Shown in pieces: positions 1 to 9,265 of a stretch of DNA of 34,234 nucleotides (within the stretch, counting starts at the first letter, position 1; every line of letters begins with the position of its first letter). The position numbers and the translations under genes were made by a program. Source of the DNA: Candidatus Zixiibacteriota bacterium (lineage in GTDB: Bacteria; RBG-13-66-14; B26-G2; WVWN01); NCBI GenBank assembly GCA_050117845.1, contig JASFLY010000028.1:1-34234 (forward strand). The letters are read 5' to 3'. The notes under the pieces were generated by a model. The model ran no database searches, was not told the DNA's origin, and saw nothing but the letters and a program-made list of their open reading frames with translations.

Positions 1-131
1 CCTAAATAGTTATTAAGCGATACCGCGGTGGAGTTTAATAAAATAGGGTTGGGGTGGGTTTTATTAATGACCTTACTAGACGATATCAGGTAATAATTAA
101 ATATAAGGCGGCTCGGAACGCAATTGTGAAA

Positions 132-1568
132 TCAGGCCTCGTCCTTGCGGAAGAAGCGCTTGACGCCGGCCAGAAAGCCCCGTAGGCCGACCGGGTACGG
201 GAATATCCGCCGGCGGTTGGTGTAGCCGTACCACAGCTTGAATATGACGGTATAGAGGAAATTGGGCGGCAGCGAGCAGAGGCGCCGGGCGAACCGCCCC
301 AAAAAAGGCCACTCCACCATGACGCCGAAGAGCTTGTGGAGGTTTGTGAGACGGCGCCGCTCGCGCTCGTCGTCGAACTTCAGAACCGAGTGCTGGTGGA
401 AGGTGTGGAAGACGCGGTCGTAGTCGCCGTCGAAGTAGTTGCCTTCCACGGCGTATTGCGCGAGCTCCGTGGCCGGGTAGGGCATGAAGAGGGAAGCCCA
501 GGCGAACGCCGGCCGGCACTCCTGATTGAGCCGTAGCGTCTCGAGGGCCTGGTCGAAGGTCTCGCCGGGTAGGCCGACGATGTTCTGCGTGTACACGTTG
601 ACGCCGTTCTCGCGCAGATAGCGGCAGGCGCTGACGATGGTCTCGCGGGACATCTTTCGTTTCAGGACGTCGTTTCGGAGTCGGTCGTTCCCGGCCTCGA
701 CGCCTATGAGGACCGAATGGCAGCCGGCCCGGGCGAGGTTCCGGGCGACGTTCTCGTCGATGAGGTTGGCCCGCACGTGGCAGTTGAAGGGAAGGGCCAC
801 GTCGCGGCTGTACTTGTCGGCGAACTCGGCCACCCACTCCTTCGACATCGTGAAGTTGTCGGAGAGGAAGCGTACGAAACGGAGGGGGTACTCCGCCCGG
901 ACCTCGGCGATTTCGGCCAGGAGGTTGTCCACCGAGCGGTAGCGGATGATGTCGCCCTTGCCCCGGTAGAGCTCGTTGAATTTGTGGTTGAAGCAGTAGG
1001 TGCAGAGGTAGGGGCATCCCCGGCTCGAGAAGAAGTGCTTTATCGTGACGTCGTGCATGTACCGGTCGTAGTCGTAGAGGATGTCGCGGGCCGGGAAGGC
1101 CAGCCGGTCTAGTTCGCACTCGAGCGGCCGGAGGTCGTTTTCGTAAACGGTCCCGTTCCGTTTGACCCAGAGGTTGGGGATGTGGGCGTAGTCGTCGCCC
1201 CGGTCCAGCGCGTTCACCAGGTCGATGATGGCCCCTTCCCCCTCGCCGCGGCACGCCACGTCCACGCCCTCCTCCTCCACGATGCCGGGGAAGAAGGTGG
1301 CGTGGGGGCCGCCCACGACGGTGAGGACGGGTTTGCCCAGCGACTTCTTGAGGCGGCGGTTGAGTTCCAGGTAGTAGGGGTGGAAGCCGGTCGTGATGGA
1401 GTAGCCTATCAGGTCGGGGTCGAACTCGCGGACGCGGGCCTCGAAGTCGGGCCGGGTGGCGAGGGCCAGCGTCGCCTCGTGGCCGGCTCGGCGGAGCGCC
1501 CCGGCGAGATAGAGGATCCCCATCGGCTCGGTGAGCGTAACGTCCTTATATACGAATAAAATACGCAC
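132..1568 (-). CDS. B12-binding domain radical SAM protein (class B methyltransferase-like)
   Basis: CPYLCTYC (CxxxCxxC) preceded by SSRG; N-terminal cobalamin-binding signatures PMGILYLA, VVGGPHAT, GEGE. ORF track starts at 1589, but GTG at 1568 (MRILFV) fits the family N-terminus and lies just downstream of a promoter. Confidence 0.9.
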   Translation of the reverse strand: MRILFVYKDVTLTEPMGILYLAGALRRAGHEATLALATRPDFEARVREFDPDLIGYSITTGFHPYYLELNRRLKKSLGKPVLTVVGGPHATFFPGIVEEEGVDVACRGEGEGAIIDLVNALDRGDDYAHIPNLWVKRNGTVYENDLRPLECELDRLAFPARDILYDYDRYMHDVTIKHFFSSRGCPYLCTYCFNHKFNELYRGKGDIIRYRSVDNLLAEIAEVRAEYPLRFVRFLSDNFTMSKEWVAEFADKYSRDVALPFNCHVRANLIDENVARNLARAGCHSVLIGVEAGNDRLRNDVLKRKMSRETIVSACRYLRENGVNVYTQNIVGLPGETFDQALETLRLNQECRPAFAWASLFMPYPATELAQYAVEGNYFDGDYDRVFHTFHQHSVLKFDDERERRRLTNLHKLFGVMVEWPFLGRFARRLCSLPPNFLYTVIFKLWYGYTNRRRIFPYPVGLRGFLAGVKRFFRKDEA

Positions 1569-1577
1569 AGGGAAGGA

Positions 1578-1606
1578 TTTATAACACAACGGCGCCGGCC
1601 GCGCAA
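1578..1606 (-). promoter_or_regulatory. Putative sigma70 promoter of the radical SAM gene
   Basis: Minus strand TTGCGC-17 bp-TATAAA with TG extension, 9 nt upstream of GTG 1568; no SD. Confidence 0.5.
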
Positions 1607-1626
1607 TAAAAGACCGGCCGGAAGCG

Positions 1627-1651
1627 AAAAGGCGGCCCGAGGGCCGCCTTT
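1627..1651 (-). terminator. Intrinsic terminator after the lipoprotein gene
   Basis: AAAGGCGGCCC-GA-GGGCCGCCTTT inverted repeat; short U-run on the minus strand. Confidence 0.75.
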
Positions 1652-1676
1652 GTAGGACGTATAGCGGGACGTGTCG

Positions 1677-2192
1677 TTATTCGGGCGTTTCGGTAGGCTC
1701 TTCCGCCGGCGGTTTTTCTTCCACGAGTTCCGGAGCGGCGTAGGAGCAAGCTTCCACCCATTTGACCTTGGCGTTCTCGCCGAATTCGGCGAGCTCTTCC
1801 TCGGTCATTTCGGGTTGTTCGGCCATGGCCATTTCGGTCAATTTCGCGAGGCCGCTGGTGCCCTCGATGGCCGCTTCAAGTTTGGCGGTGGCTTCGGCGT
1901 AGGCCGGAGCTTCTTCCTCGGGGGCCTCTATGGCCGCGACCTCTTCGTGAAGGGCTTCCAGCTTGGCGGCGTTGTCTTTGAACGCGGTGGCGAGTTCCGC
2001 GGTCGGCTCTTCCGCGCCGGCCCGCAATTCCTCGACGGCCACGAGAACGCCCTTCATTTCGGTCTTGATTTCGTCCACGGTCATCGAAACGTCGACGGCC
2101 GTTTCCGCGGTCGGCTCCTCGGCCTTTTTCTGGCAGCCGACGATGGCCAGCGCCACGGCTAGAGCCGCGATCACTACGAAGTACTTGCGCAT
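1677..2192 (-). CDS. Acidic Ala/Glu-rich helical lipoprotein, unknown function
   Basis: ATG 2192 with SD AGGAGGT (2201-2207); MRKYFVVIAALAVALAIVG-C lipobox. ORF-track start 2246 is probably too long. Confidence 0.8.
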   Translation of the reverse strand: MRKYFVVIAALAVALAIVGCQKKAEEPTAETAVDVSMTVDEIKTEMKGVLVAVEELRAGAEEPTAELATAFKDNAAKLEALHEEVAAIEAPEEEAPAYAEATAKLEAAIEGTSGLAKLTEMAMAEQPEMTEEELAEFGENAKVKWVEACSYAAPELVEEKPPAEEPTETPE

Positions 2193-2236
2193 GGTATGAA
2201 ACCTCCTCTTTGGGGATAAAGAAAAAGACGAAAGCG

Positions 2237-2265
2237 AAACTAGCACGCCGCGCCGCCTAAGTCAA
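2237..2265 (-). promoter_or_regulatory. Putative sigma70 promoter of the lipoprotein gene
   Basis: TTGACT (2265-2260)-17 bp-TAGTTT (2242-2237), with TG extension. Confidence 0.55.
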
Positions 2266-2373
2266 GGTTTAATGTCGTATCCCGCGGGAAGCGGGGCCGC
2301 CGCAAATTAGTTTGCGGCGATTATTATCTGTGTTATATTTCTGGACCCTAAACTCAAGAGGAGGTCCCCCATA

Positions 2374-2928
2374 ATGATAGCGAGAGTTTTTATCGTTGCC
2401 GTATTGACGGTCATGCTCGCCGCGCCCGCGGCTTTCGCGTGGAAACGTTACCCCGCGGAATACAACGCGACCACGGGATGGCCGGGTATCCGCGTTACCG
2501 ACGAGAACGACCACGTCGTCGCCGTTATATCGTTCCTAACGCCCGACGCCAGCTTCAGCGTTACGTCCATCACCTTCGAGGAGACAATGGACGTAAGCGA
2601 CATCGCGAACTGGAACCATTTTTACGAGAAAAAGGACCCCGCAATCGCGAAGCGGGTGAACGGCACCGCCCAGGCCCTCAAAGTCTCCCGGTTGAAGATA
2701 TTCGACTATTTGACCGAGGAGGGTTGGGAGGCTTGCGGCGGCGACTCCGCGTTCGTGAACGGCCAGGTACGGATTTTCGTGGGTTACCTTAAAGGGACGA
2801 AATACAAGGCGGTCGAGATCAAGGAGTACCAGGCCGACCCGGCCGGCCGGGGCGTCACGTTCGAGGTCGACGCCATTAAAGAGATCACGGAGATGGGGCC
2901 GGTATGCTGGGGGTACTGGGCGCCGTAG
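2374..2928 (+). CDS. Secreted hypothetical protein
   Basis: SD AGGAGGT upstream; Sec signal ending AAFA; codon usage like neighbours. Confidence 0.75.
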   Translation: MIARVFIVAVLTVMLAAPAAFAWKRYPAEYNATTGWPGIRVTDENDHVVAVISFLTPDASFSVTSITFEETMDVSDIANWNHFYEKKDPAIAKRVNGTAQALKVSRLKIFDYLTEEGWEACGGDSAFVNGQVRIFVGYLKGTKYKAVEIKEYQADPAGRGVTFEVDAIKEITEMGPVCWGYWAP

Positions 2929-3034
2929 CGTTCGTCCCCGGTTAAGTAGAGGTCAACGCGGCCGCCGAGGGCTATTTGCCGGAACCCGGTTGTTGGGGTT
3001 AGCGCGGGTCGCGACCGTATATAAGGAAGGCGAT

Positions 3035-5038
3035 ATGGTTCCAGAGAAGGCCGGGAGTTATTGGCGTTTTATCGGGCCGGTGGTCGGCGCGGCCTGCCTG
3101 ACGGGCGTCCTCGCGGCGGCCGGGGAATACATCCTCGGCGCCGCGGCGGCACGGAGTTCCTTCTGGGGCCAGCCGCGCCTATTCTACCAGCTACTGCTGG
3201 GAGCGGAGGCCGCGTGGCTGGTTTTGGCCGCGGCCGTGACGTTCGGCGTCGGCGGGTCGCTTTGGTACCTGGTCGCCGGCCGGCGGCGCCGGGGGCCCCT
3301 CGCGGCGCCGGCGCGTTTCATACTTATCGCGGCGCTGCTCGGCATTCCGGTTTTTCGCTGGTTGGCGACGCTCGATATCGCCATATTCTACGGCCGACCC
3401 AAAATAACCGTCGTCGCCGTTTTCCTGGGCCTCGTGGCGGCGTGGTTCGGCGGAACCTGGGGCCTCTACGCGCTGGCGGGGAAGGTGAAGGCCCGGTTGG
3501 GTCTCCGCCGGAAGCTTTCGCCCGTCTTATTACGCGTACTCGTTCTCGCGGCAATGCTGCCTTTCGTCGTCGCGGAGGGCTGGGCGCTATGGCAGGCCCG
3601 GACCCCCTCGCCCCGCAAGCCGGATATATTCGTGGTCATAATGGACGCGTTTCGGGCCGACCGCCTGAAGTTCTACGGCGGCGACCGGCACCTGGCGCCG
3701 ACGCTCGAGCGCTTCGGCGACGAGGCCGTGGTCTTCCGGGAATCCTTCACCGTAACATCCTGGACGAAACCGGCGGTCGCTTCCGTTTTTACGGGGGCCT
3801 ACCCCGGGGCCCACGGCGTTAACGCCCGTTTCTACGGCCTTCCCGAGGGCGCGGTTACGCTGGCCCAGGTCCTGCGGGAGGAGGGATACCGGACGATCGG
3901 CGTGTCGGCCAACCCGAACGTAACGCGTTACGCCGGTATGGGCACCGGCTTCGATATCCTGGACAGCACGAGCGACGGCCCCATATTCAACGCCGCCGGG
4001 CCGCCGCTGTCCTGCGCCCGGCCGTTGCGCGTGTTCCTTTGGATGCGGCCTTATCTGGGGCCGCTGTGGAAGACGACCGCCGACGGCGTCGAAATGAACC
4101 GCAGGGCGGAGTTCTATCGGCGCATTTGCGGGGACCGGCCCGCTTTCGTCTATATGCATTACATGGAGACGCACACGCCGAACCCCCGCCGGCCGGAGTA
4201 CCGCGACGAGGTGGACCCGTACTGGAACAAAGTCGACCCGGCCCGGGCGCGTTTCATCGCGAGCGGCCCGTTTTTCTGGTTCGACGTTCTGGAGGACCCG
4301 TCCTTCGTTCCGGACTTTACCGAGGACGAACTGGCGCTGGCGAAGGCGCTGTACGACACGGAAGTCCGGCGCATGGACGTCGTCATCGACGACTTCCTGG
4401 GGACCCTCGCGGCGGCTCCGGGGGACGACGCCGGCTCCATGGTGGTAATCACGGCCGACCACGGCGAGGAATTCCTGGAGCACGGCCGCTGGCTTCACGG
4501 CGTCAGCCTGCACCACGAGGTCGCCCGGGTGCCGTTGATGATACGAATGCCGGAATGTCGGCCGGCGGTCCTGGCCGGGCCGGTCAATCTGGTGGACGTC
4601 CCCCGTACCGTCGTATCGTTCGCCGGGGCCGAGGCGCCGGAAACGTGGGACGGTATGGACCTCGGGCCGTACGTGCGCGAAGGCCGGGACGTGCCCCGCC
4701 GGGAGCTGCCGCTGGAGAGCATCCACGATTTATTGGCGGGCGAGGACGCGGGCCCCGAGTCCGGCGTCGAACTCAGCGCCCTGGTGAACGACGGCTATTA
4801 TTACCTGCACGACGAGAACGCCGACCGGGAGTACCTGTACGACCGGCAAAACGACTTCTGGCAGAAGGATAACCTGGCGGCGGCGCCCTCGGCCGAGACG
4901 GAAGCGCTGCTCACGGGCCGCCGCGACGCGCTGGCCGCACAGAAGCGTAAAATAGAAGAAAAGGCCTTCGTCCAGGGCGAATTGCAGCTCCCGCCCGAGT
5001 TGGAACGGCAGCTACGAACCCTCGGGTACGTAAGATAG
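3035..5038 (+). CDS. Membrane-anchored sulfatase-like (alkaline phosphatase superfamily) hydrolase/transferase
   Basis: About 5 N-terminal TM segments, then PDIFVVIMDAFRAD, SWTKPAVASVFTG, ITADHGEEF, and terminal LRTLGY. ATG 3035 follows AAGGAAGG (ORF track uses TTG 2990). Confidence 0.85.
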   Translation: MVPEKAGSYWRFIGPVVGAACLTGVLAAAGEYILGAAAARSSFWGQPRLFYQLLLGAEAAWLVLAAAVTFGVGGSLWYLVAGRRRRGPLAAPARFILIAALLGIPVFRWLATLDIAIFYGRPKITVVAVFLGLVAAWFGGTWGLYALAGKVKARLGLRRKLSPVLLRVLVLAAMLPFVVAEGWALWQARTPSPRKPDIFVVIMDAFRADRLKFYGGDRHLAPTLERFGDEAVVFRESFTVTSWTKPAVASVFTGAYPGAHGVNARFYGLPEGAVTLAQVLREEGYRTIGVSANPNVTRYAGMGTGFDILDSTSDGPIFNAAGPPLSCARPLRVFLWMRPYLGPLWKTTADGVEMNRRAEFYRRICGDRPAFVYMHYMETHTPNPRRPEYRDEVDPYWNKVDPARARFIASGPFFWFDVLEDPSFVPDFTEDELALAKALYDTEVRRMDVVIDDFLGTLAAAPGDDAGSMVVITADHGEEFLEHGRWLHGVSLHHEVARVPLMIRMPECRPAVLAGPVNLVDVPRTVVSFAGAEAPETWDGMDLGPYVREGRDVPRRELPLESIHDLLAGEDAGPESGVELSALVNDGYYYLHDENADREYLYDRQNDFWQKDNLAAAPSAETEALLTGRRDALAAQKRKIEEKAFVQGELQLPPELERQLRTLGYVR

Positions 5039-5075
5039 CTTTACCGGCGCCCGCCGGGCCGCCCGGAAAATCAAC

Positions 5076-5103
5076 TTGACTTCGCCCGGTTTTGGGCTAT
5101 AAT
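5076..5103 (+). promoter_or_regulatory. sigma70 promoter of the valS leader
   Basis: TTGACT (5076-5081)-16 bp-TATAAT (5098-5103). Confidence 0.85.
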
Positions 5104-5125
5104 TGACATAACTAGCAGGGGAACC

Positions 5126-5194
5126 ATGGACAATCGATACGGAAATATAGTAGTAGTTGTAGTAGTACGCGGGGCGTGGGCCCGGCCCGGTTAA
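5126..5194 (+). CDS. valS attenuator leader peptide MDNRYGNIVVVVVVRGAWARPG (22 aa)
   Basis: SD-like AGGGG (5117-5121), ATG 5126, six tandem Val codons GTA GTA GTT GTA GTA GTA (5150-5167), TAA 5192-5194, directly upstream of valS. Confidence 0.88.
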   Translation: MDNRYGNIVVVVVVRGAWARPG

Positions 5195-5223
5195 GGTGCG
5201 TGCTTTGCGCGATTACGGGCCGG
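5182..5223 (+). promoter_or_regulatory. Antiterminator helix of the valS attenuator
   Basis: CCGGCCCG (5182-5189) is the exact complement of CGGGCCGG (5216-5223), which overlaps the terminator 5' arm; extendable by TAA/TTA and GCGT/GCGC inner pairs. Confidence 0.8.
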
Positions 5224-5242
5224 CCTGAGAGCCGGCTTTTTT
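5217..5242 (+). terminator. Attenuator (intrinsic terminator) in the valS leader
   Basis: GGGCCGGC-CTGAGA-GCCGGC followed by T6 (5237-5242), 77 nt upstream of the valS start. Confidence 0.88.
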
Positions 5243-5318
5243 ATTAGTGTTTAATTAAGCCGCGAAACGTCGGCGATAATGATGGACGGCGCCCCCGGCG
5301 CCGAACGAGGTGATTTAG

Positions 5319-7961
5319 GTGGCCAAGGAACTCGTCTCCCGATATGAAGCCTCCGAGCTCGAAGAACGATGGTACCGAGAGTGGGAGGAAGCGGGCGTAT
5401 TCACGCCGCCCGCGGTACCCGAGTCCGAGAAGGGCGTCTTTTCGGTAGTTATCCCGCCGCCCAACGTGACCGGGTCCCTCCACATGGGCCACGCGCTCAA
5501 CAACACCATCCAGGACATCTACGTCCGCCAGCGGCGCATGGCCGGCTACGATACGCTCTGGCTTCCGGGGACGGATCACGCCTCCATCGCGACCCACACC
5601 GTTATCGAGCGGGAACTGGCGAAAGAGGGCGTCAGCCGCCGCGAGCTGGGCCGGGAGGAGTTCCTGCGCCGGGCCTGGGCCTGGAAGGAACAGTACGGCG
5701 ACACCATCGTCGGCCAACTCAAGCGACTGGGCTGCAGTTGCGACTGGACGCGGCTCCGCTTCACCATGGACGAAGGCCTCACCCGGGCCGTGCGGGAGGC
5801 TTTCGTCCGCTACTGGGAAGACGGCCTGCTGTACCGGGGCCTGCGGATGGTCAACTGGTGTCCGCGCTGCCGCACCGCCCTCTCCGACCTCGAGGTGCGC
5901 CACGAGGAGACCGACGGGATGCTGTGGTACATCCGCTATCCCGCCCCGGACGGCGGCCCGGGCATCGTCGTCGCCACCACCCGCCCCGAGACCATGCTGG
6001 GCGACACCGCGGTGGCTGTCAATCCCGCCGACGAGCGCTACCGCGACCTCATCGGCAAGGCCGTCGTACTGCCTTTGGTCGAACGCGAGATCCCGGTCAT
6101 CGCCGACGAGGCCGTGGATTCCTCCTTCGGGACCGGCGCCGTTAAAATAACCCCCGCCCACGACGCCGACGACTACGAGGTGTCCCAACGGCACGACCTC
6201 CGAGTCATCGTGGCCATCGACGAGGACGCCCGGATGACCGACAAGGTCCCGGAGAAGTATCGGGGAATGTCCCGCGAGGAGGCCCGGGAGGCCGTTCTCA
6301 AGGACCTCCAGGTCGAGGGCTTGCTCGAAACCACCAAGGCCTATAAGATACCGCTGGCGAAGTGCGACCGCTGCAAGACCGTCGTGGAGCCGTACCTCTC
6401 GCTCCAGTGGTTCGTGAAGCAGACCGAGCTCGCCCGGCCCGCCCGCGAGGCCGTGGCCGAAGGCCGCGTCCGGCTGGTGCCCGAGCGCTGGACCAAGGTC
6501 TTCTTCGATTGGATGGACAACGTCCACGACTGGTGCGTCTCGCGCCAGCTGTGGTGGGGCCACCGGATCCCGGCGTGGTACTGCGACGACTGCGACGAGG
6601 TTATAGTGGCCCGCGAAACGCCCCAGAAGTGCGCCTGCGGCTCGACCAATATCCGGCAGGACGAGGACGTGCTCGACACGTGGTTCAGCTCGGCCCTGTG
6701 GCCCATATCCACGATGGGTTGGCCCGACGAAACCGGCGACCTCAAGCACTACTTCCCCACGGACCTCCTCTGCACCGGCCCGGACATCATCTTCCTCTGG
6801 GTGGCGCGGATGATTTTCTCGTCCTTGAAATTCACGGGCGAGGTCCCCTTCCACACCGTCTTCTTCCACCCCATGATCCAGACGGCCGAGGGGAAGCGGA
6901 TGTCGAAGTCCCTCGGCACCGGCCAGGACCCGCTGTCCCTCATCGACAGGCACGGCGCGGACGCCGTTCGCTTCACGCTGACGTCTTTGTGCACGCAGTC
7001 GCAGTCCTTCCGCCTGTGGGAGGAGCGCTTCGACCTGGGCCGGAATCTAACCAATAAAATCTGGAACGCGGCCCGCTTCCTGCTCCCTTACGTCGAACGG
7101 ATGGAGAGCCGCGACCTTCCGGCCGAAGGCGACCTCGAACTCGTCGACCGCTGGATCCTCTCGCGGCTGGAACGGGCGCGCGCCCGGGCCGACCGGGAAT
7201 TGGAAGAGATGCGCTTCAACGACCACACGCAGACCCTTTACCAGTTCTTCTGGAGCGAGTACTGCGACTGGTATCTGGAGGCGATAAAGCCGCGGCTGTA
7301 CGGCAAGGCCCCGGGGGGCGACGTGGCGACCCGCGTGGCCCGGTACGTCTTCGACGTTCTGCTCCGCCTGTTCCACCCGACGATGCCCTACGTCACCGAG
7401 GAACTCTACCACCTCGTCGCCCCGGGGGCGGGCTTCTGCGCCCGGGCCCCGTGGCCCGGGGAGGAAGGCGGCCGGCTCGACGACGAGGCCGAAGGGCGAA
7501 TTGGCGAGCTCTTCGACGTGGTGCGGGCGGTCCGCAATATCCGCGCCGAGATGAACGTGCCGCCGGCCAGCATGGTCGACATCCTGATCTCGTCGGAGGA
7601 GGCGGGGGCCGCCGCGGCCGCCGCCGAGGAATCGCGGCCCTTCTTCGAACTCGCGCGCATATCGAGCGCGTCGCCGGTGGCGGCGGGCAAGCGGCCCGCG
7701 CACGCCGCGGCCGCCGTGGCGGGAACGTGGACGGTATTCGTTCCGCTGGAGGGCCTCATAGATTTCGACGTTGAGAAGGGGCGTCTCGAGAAATCCAAGA
7801 AAAAGCTGGAGGGGGACATCGAGACCCTTTCGCGGAAGCTCAGCGACGAGAATTTCGTTAAAAAAGCGCCTCCCGAGGTGGTTGCGGCGGACGCTGACCG
7901 CCTCGAGACCCTGCGGGCGACGCTTTCCCGCGTCGCGGACAACCTCGCGGCGCTGGAGTAA
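5319..7961 (+). CDS. valS: Valine--tRNA ligase
   Basis: PPPNVTGSLHMGH (HIGH), ATTRPETMLGD, GTGAVKITPAHD editing domain, DWCVSRQLWWGHRIP, RMSKS (KMSKS), C-terminal coiled coil; SD GAGGTG and GTG start. Confidence 0.98.
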   Translation: MAKELVSRYEASELEERWYREWEEAGVFTPPAVPESEKGVFSVVIPPPNVTGSLHMGHALNNTIQDIYVRQRRMAGYDTLWLPGTDHASIATHTVIERELAKEGVSRRELGREEFLRRAWAWKEQYGDTIVGQLKRLGCSCDWTRLRFTMDEGLTRAVREAFVRYWEDGLLYRGLRMVNWCPRCRTALSDLEVRHEETDGMLWYIRYPAPDGGPGIVVATTRPETMLGDTAVAVNPADERYRDLIGKAVVLPLVEREIPVIADEAVDSSFGTGAVKITPAHDADDYEVSQRHDLRVIVAIDEDARMTDKVPEKYRGMSREEAREAVLKDLQVEGLLETTKAYKIPLAKCDRCKTVVEPYLSLQWFVKQTELARPAREAVAEGRVRLVPERWTKVFFDWMDNVHDWCVSRQLWWGHRIPAWYCDDCDEVIVARETPQKCACGSTNIRQDEDVLDTWFSSALWPISTMGWPDETGDLKHYFPTDLLCTGPDIIFLWVARMIFSSLKFTGEVPFHTVFFHPMIQTAEGKRMSKSLGTGQDPLSLIDRHGADAVRFTLTSLCTQSQSFRLWEERFDLGRNLTNKIWNAARFLLPYVERMESRDLPAEGDLELVDRWILSRLERARARADRELEEMRFNDHTQTLYQFFWSEYCDWYLEAIKPRLYGKAPGGDVATRVARYVFDVLLRLFHPTMPYVTEELYHLVAPGAGFCARAPWPGEEGGRLDDEAEGRIGELFDVVRAVRNIRAEMNVPPASMVDILISSEEAGAAAAAAEESRPFFELARISSASPVAAGKRPAHAAAAVAGTWTVFVPLEGLIDFDVEKGRLEKSKKKLEGDIETLSRKLSDENFVKKAPPEVVAADADRLETLRATLSRVADNLAALE

Positions 7962-7977
7962 GCTTAACCCTTTCTGC

Positions 7978-8006
7978 TTGACGATAAAGCGCCCCCCTTA
8001 TATAAT
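7978..8006 (+). promoter_or_regulatory. sigma70 promoter of the downstream operon
   Basis: TTGACG (7978-7983)-17 bp-TATAAT (8001-8006). Confidence 0.75.
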
Positions 8007-8028
8007 GTCGGCGGGGCGCATTCCCTTT

Positions 8029-8460
8029 ATGGATGAAGTAAAAAAGGAACGCCGGGGCCGCGGCTGTATCGTCGCCGTTATCGTCTTGGTGGGCGGCATC
8101 GGCGCCTTCCTGGTCGTCTCGCTTATATATCTCGGCGTCACGGCCGGCGACCCGGATAGCTTCGGGGCCCAGCTGTGGCTGGTCATAGGCGGCGAAAAAG
8201 AAGCCGACCTCTTAATTACCGAGATAATCGTCGACCGTCTGACGAAGCGGGCCGGCGTCCCGCCGGACGAGGCCGCGGCGCTCAAGCGGGAGCTGGGGCC
8301 GATTTCGGAGCAATTGCCCCGATTGTCGGAGGGGGAGAAAAATAAATTGGCCCAGCTTATCCGGGAGGCCATAGCGGACGGCCGGGTGCCCCCGGAAGAA
8401 ATAGCGGTTATACGCGATTACAGTTACAAGTCCGCCCGGGATGGCAACTCCATACCTTAG
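8029..8460 (+). CDS. Single-TM hypothetical membrane protein
   Basis: MDEVKKERRGRGC then a hydrophobic helix and a small helical domain; ATG 8029 is downstream of the promoter (ORF-track start 7771 overlaps valS). Confidence 0.7.
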   Translation: MDEVKKERRGRGCIVAVIVLVGGIGAFLVVSLIYLGVTAGDPDSFGAQLWLVIGGEKEADLLITEIIVDRLTKRAGVPPDEAAALKRELGPISEQLPRLSEGEKNKLAQLIREAIADGRVPPEEIAVIRDYSYKSARDGNSIP

Positions 8461-9253
8461 ATTGCCCGTCGTGGCCGGCCAGTTCTACCCGGCCGACGAG
8501 AACCGCCTCCGGCGGGACCTGGGGCGCTTCGTCGTCTCGGCTGAACGGAAGCACTGCCTGGGCGGCCTGTGCCCCCACGCCGGATACATGTACTCCGGCG
8601 CGACCGCCGGGGAGCTCTTCTCCCGGCTCGACGTCCCGGACGTCGTCGTCCTCCTGGGCCCCAAGCACCACGGCGCCGGCGCGCCCTACGCGGTGTGGCC
8701 GGCCGGGGCGTGGCGGACGCCGCTGGGGGACGCCGCCGTCGACGAGGAGGTCGCGGCGGCCCTGATAGAGGGTTGCGAGTCGTGGGAGGCGGACGACGCG
8801 GCCCACAGGCCGGAACACTCCCTCGAGGTCGTCGTCCCCTTCGTCCAGTTCGTCAATCCGGCGGCGAAGATAGTGCCGGTGGCGCTTTCGCCGATGCCGG
8901 CGGCGGAGGTCGAGGCGGCCGGGGAGGGCCTGGCCCGGGCGCTTACGCCCTACCGGGAACGAACGTTAATAGTTATTTCGAGCGACATGACGCATTACGA
9001 ATCGGCGGCTGCGGCCGAGCGGCGGGACGCCCTCGCCATAGGCCGGCTGGAGGCCCTGGACGCGGCGGGCCTGTTGGAGGTCGTCCGGTCCGAGAACATA
9101 TCCATGTGTGGCGTATGGCCCGCGGCCGTGGCTCTCGTCGCCTTCCGGGCGATGGGGGCGGCCGGCGGCGCCTTGATCCGGTACACGAATTCCGGAGAGG
9201 CGTCCGGCGACTTCGAGCAGGTTGTCGGTTACGCCGCGATGTCCTTCGCCTGA
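8441..9253 (+). CDS. amrB: AmmeMemoRadiSam system protein B (MEMO1 family)
   Basis: R.P.VAGQFYP, PHAGYMYSG, EHSLEV, SSDMTHY, SMCG, VVGYAA motifs. Confidence 0.92.
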   Translation: MATPYLRLPVVAGQFYPADENRLRRDLGRFVVSAERKHCLGGLCPHAGYMYSGATAGELFSRLDVPDVVVLLGPKHHGAGAPYAVWPAGAWRTPLGDAAVDEEVAAALIEGCESWEADDAAHRPEHSLEVVVPFVQFVNPAAKIVPVALSPMPAAEVEAAGEGLARALTPYRERTLIVISSDMTHYESAAAAERRDALAIGRLEALDAAGLLEVVRSENISMCGVWPAAVALVAFRAMGAAGGALIRYTNSGEASGDFEQVVGYAAMSFA

Positions 9254-9265
9254 GGGGTTGATCTT

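Noticed and set aside
1..131. AT-rich window start with a TTAATAAAA/TTTTATTAA inverted repeat
   Set aside because: Truncated by the window edge and A/T-only; cannot tell a regulatory site from chance.
5104..5318. T-box riboswitch upstream of valS
   Set aside because: No T-box consensus (GGTGGNACCGCG) or stem I motifs, and the leader is short; the poly-Val uORF with antiterminator explains the region.
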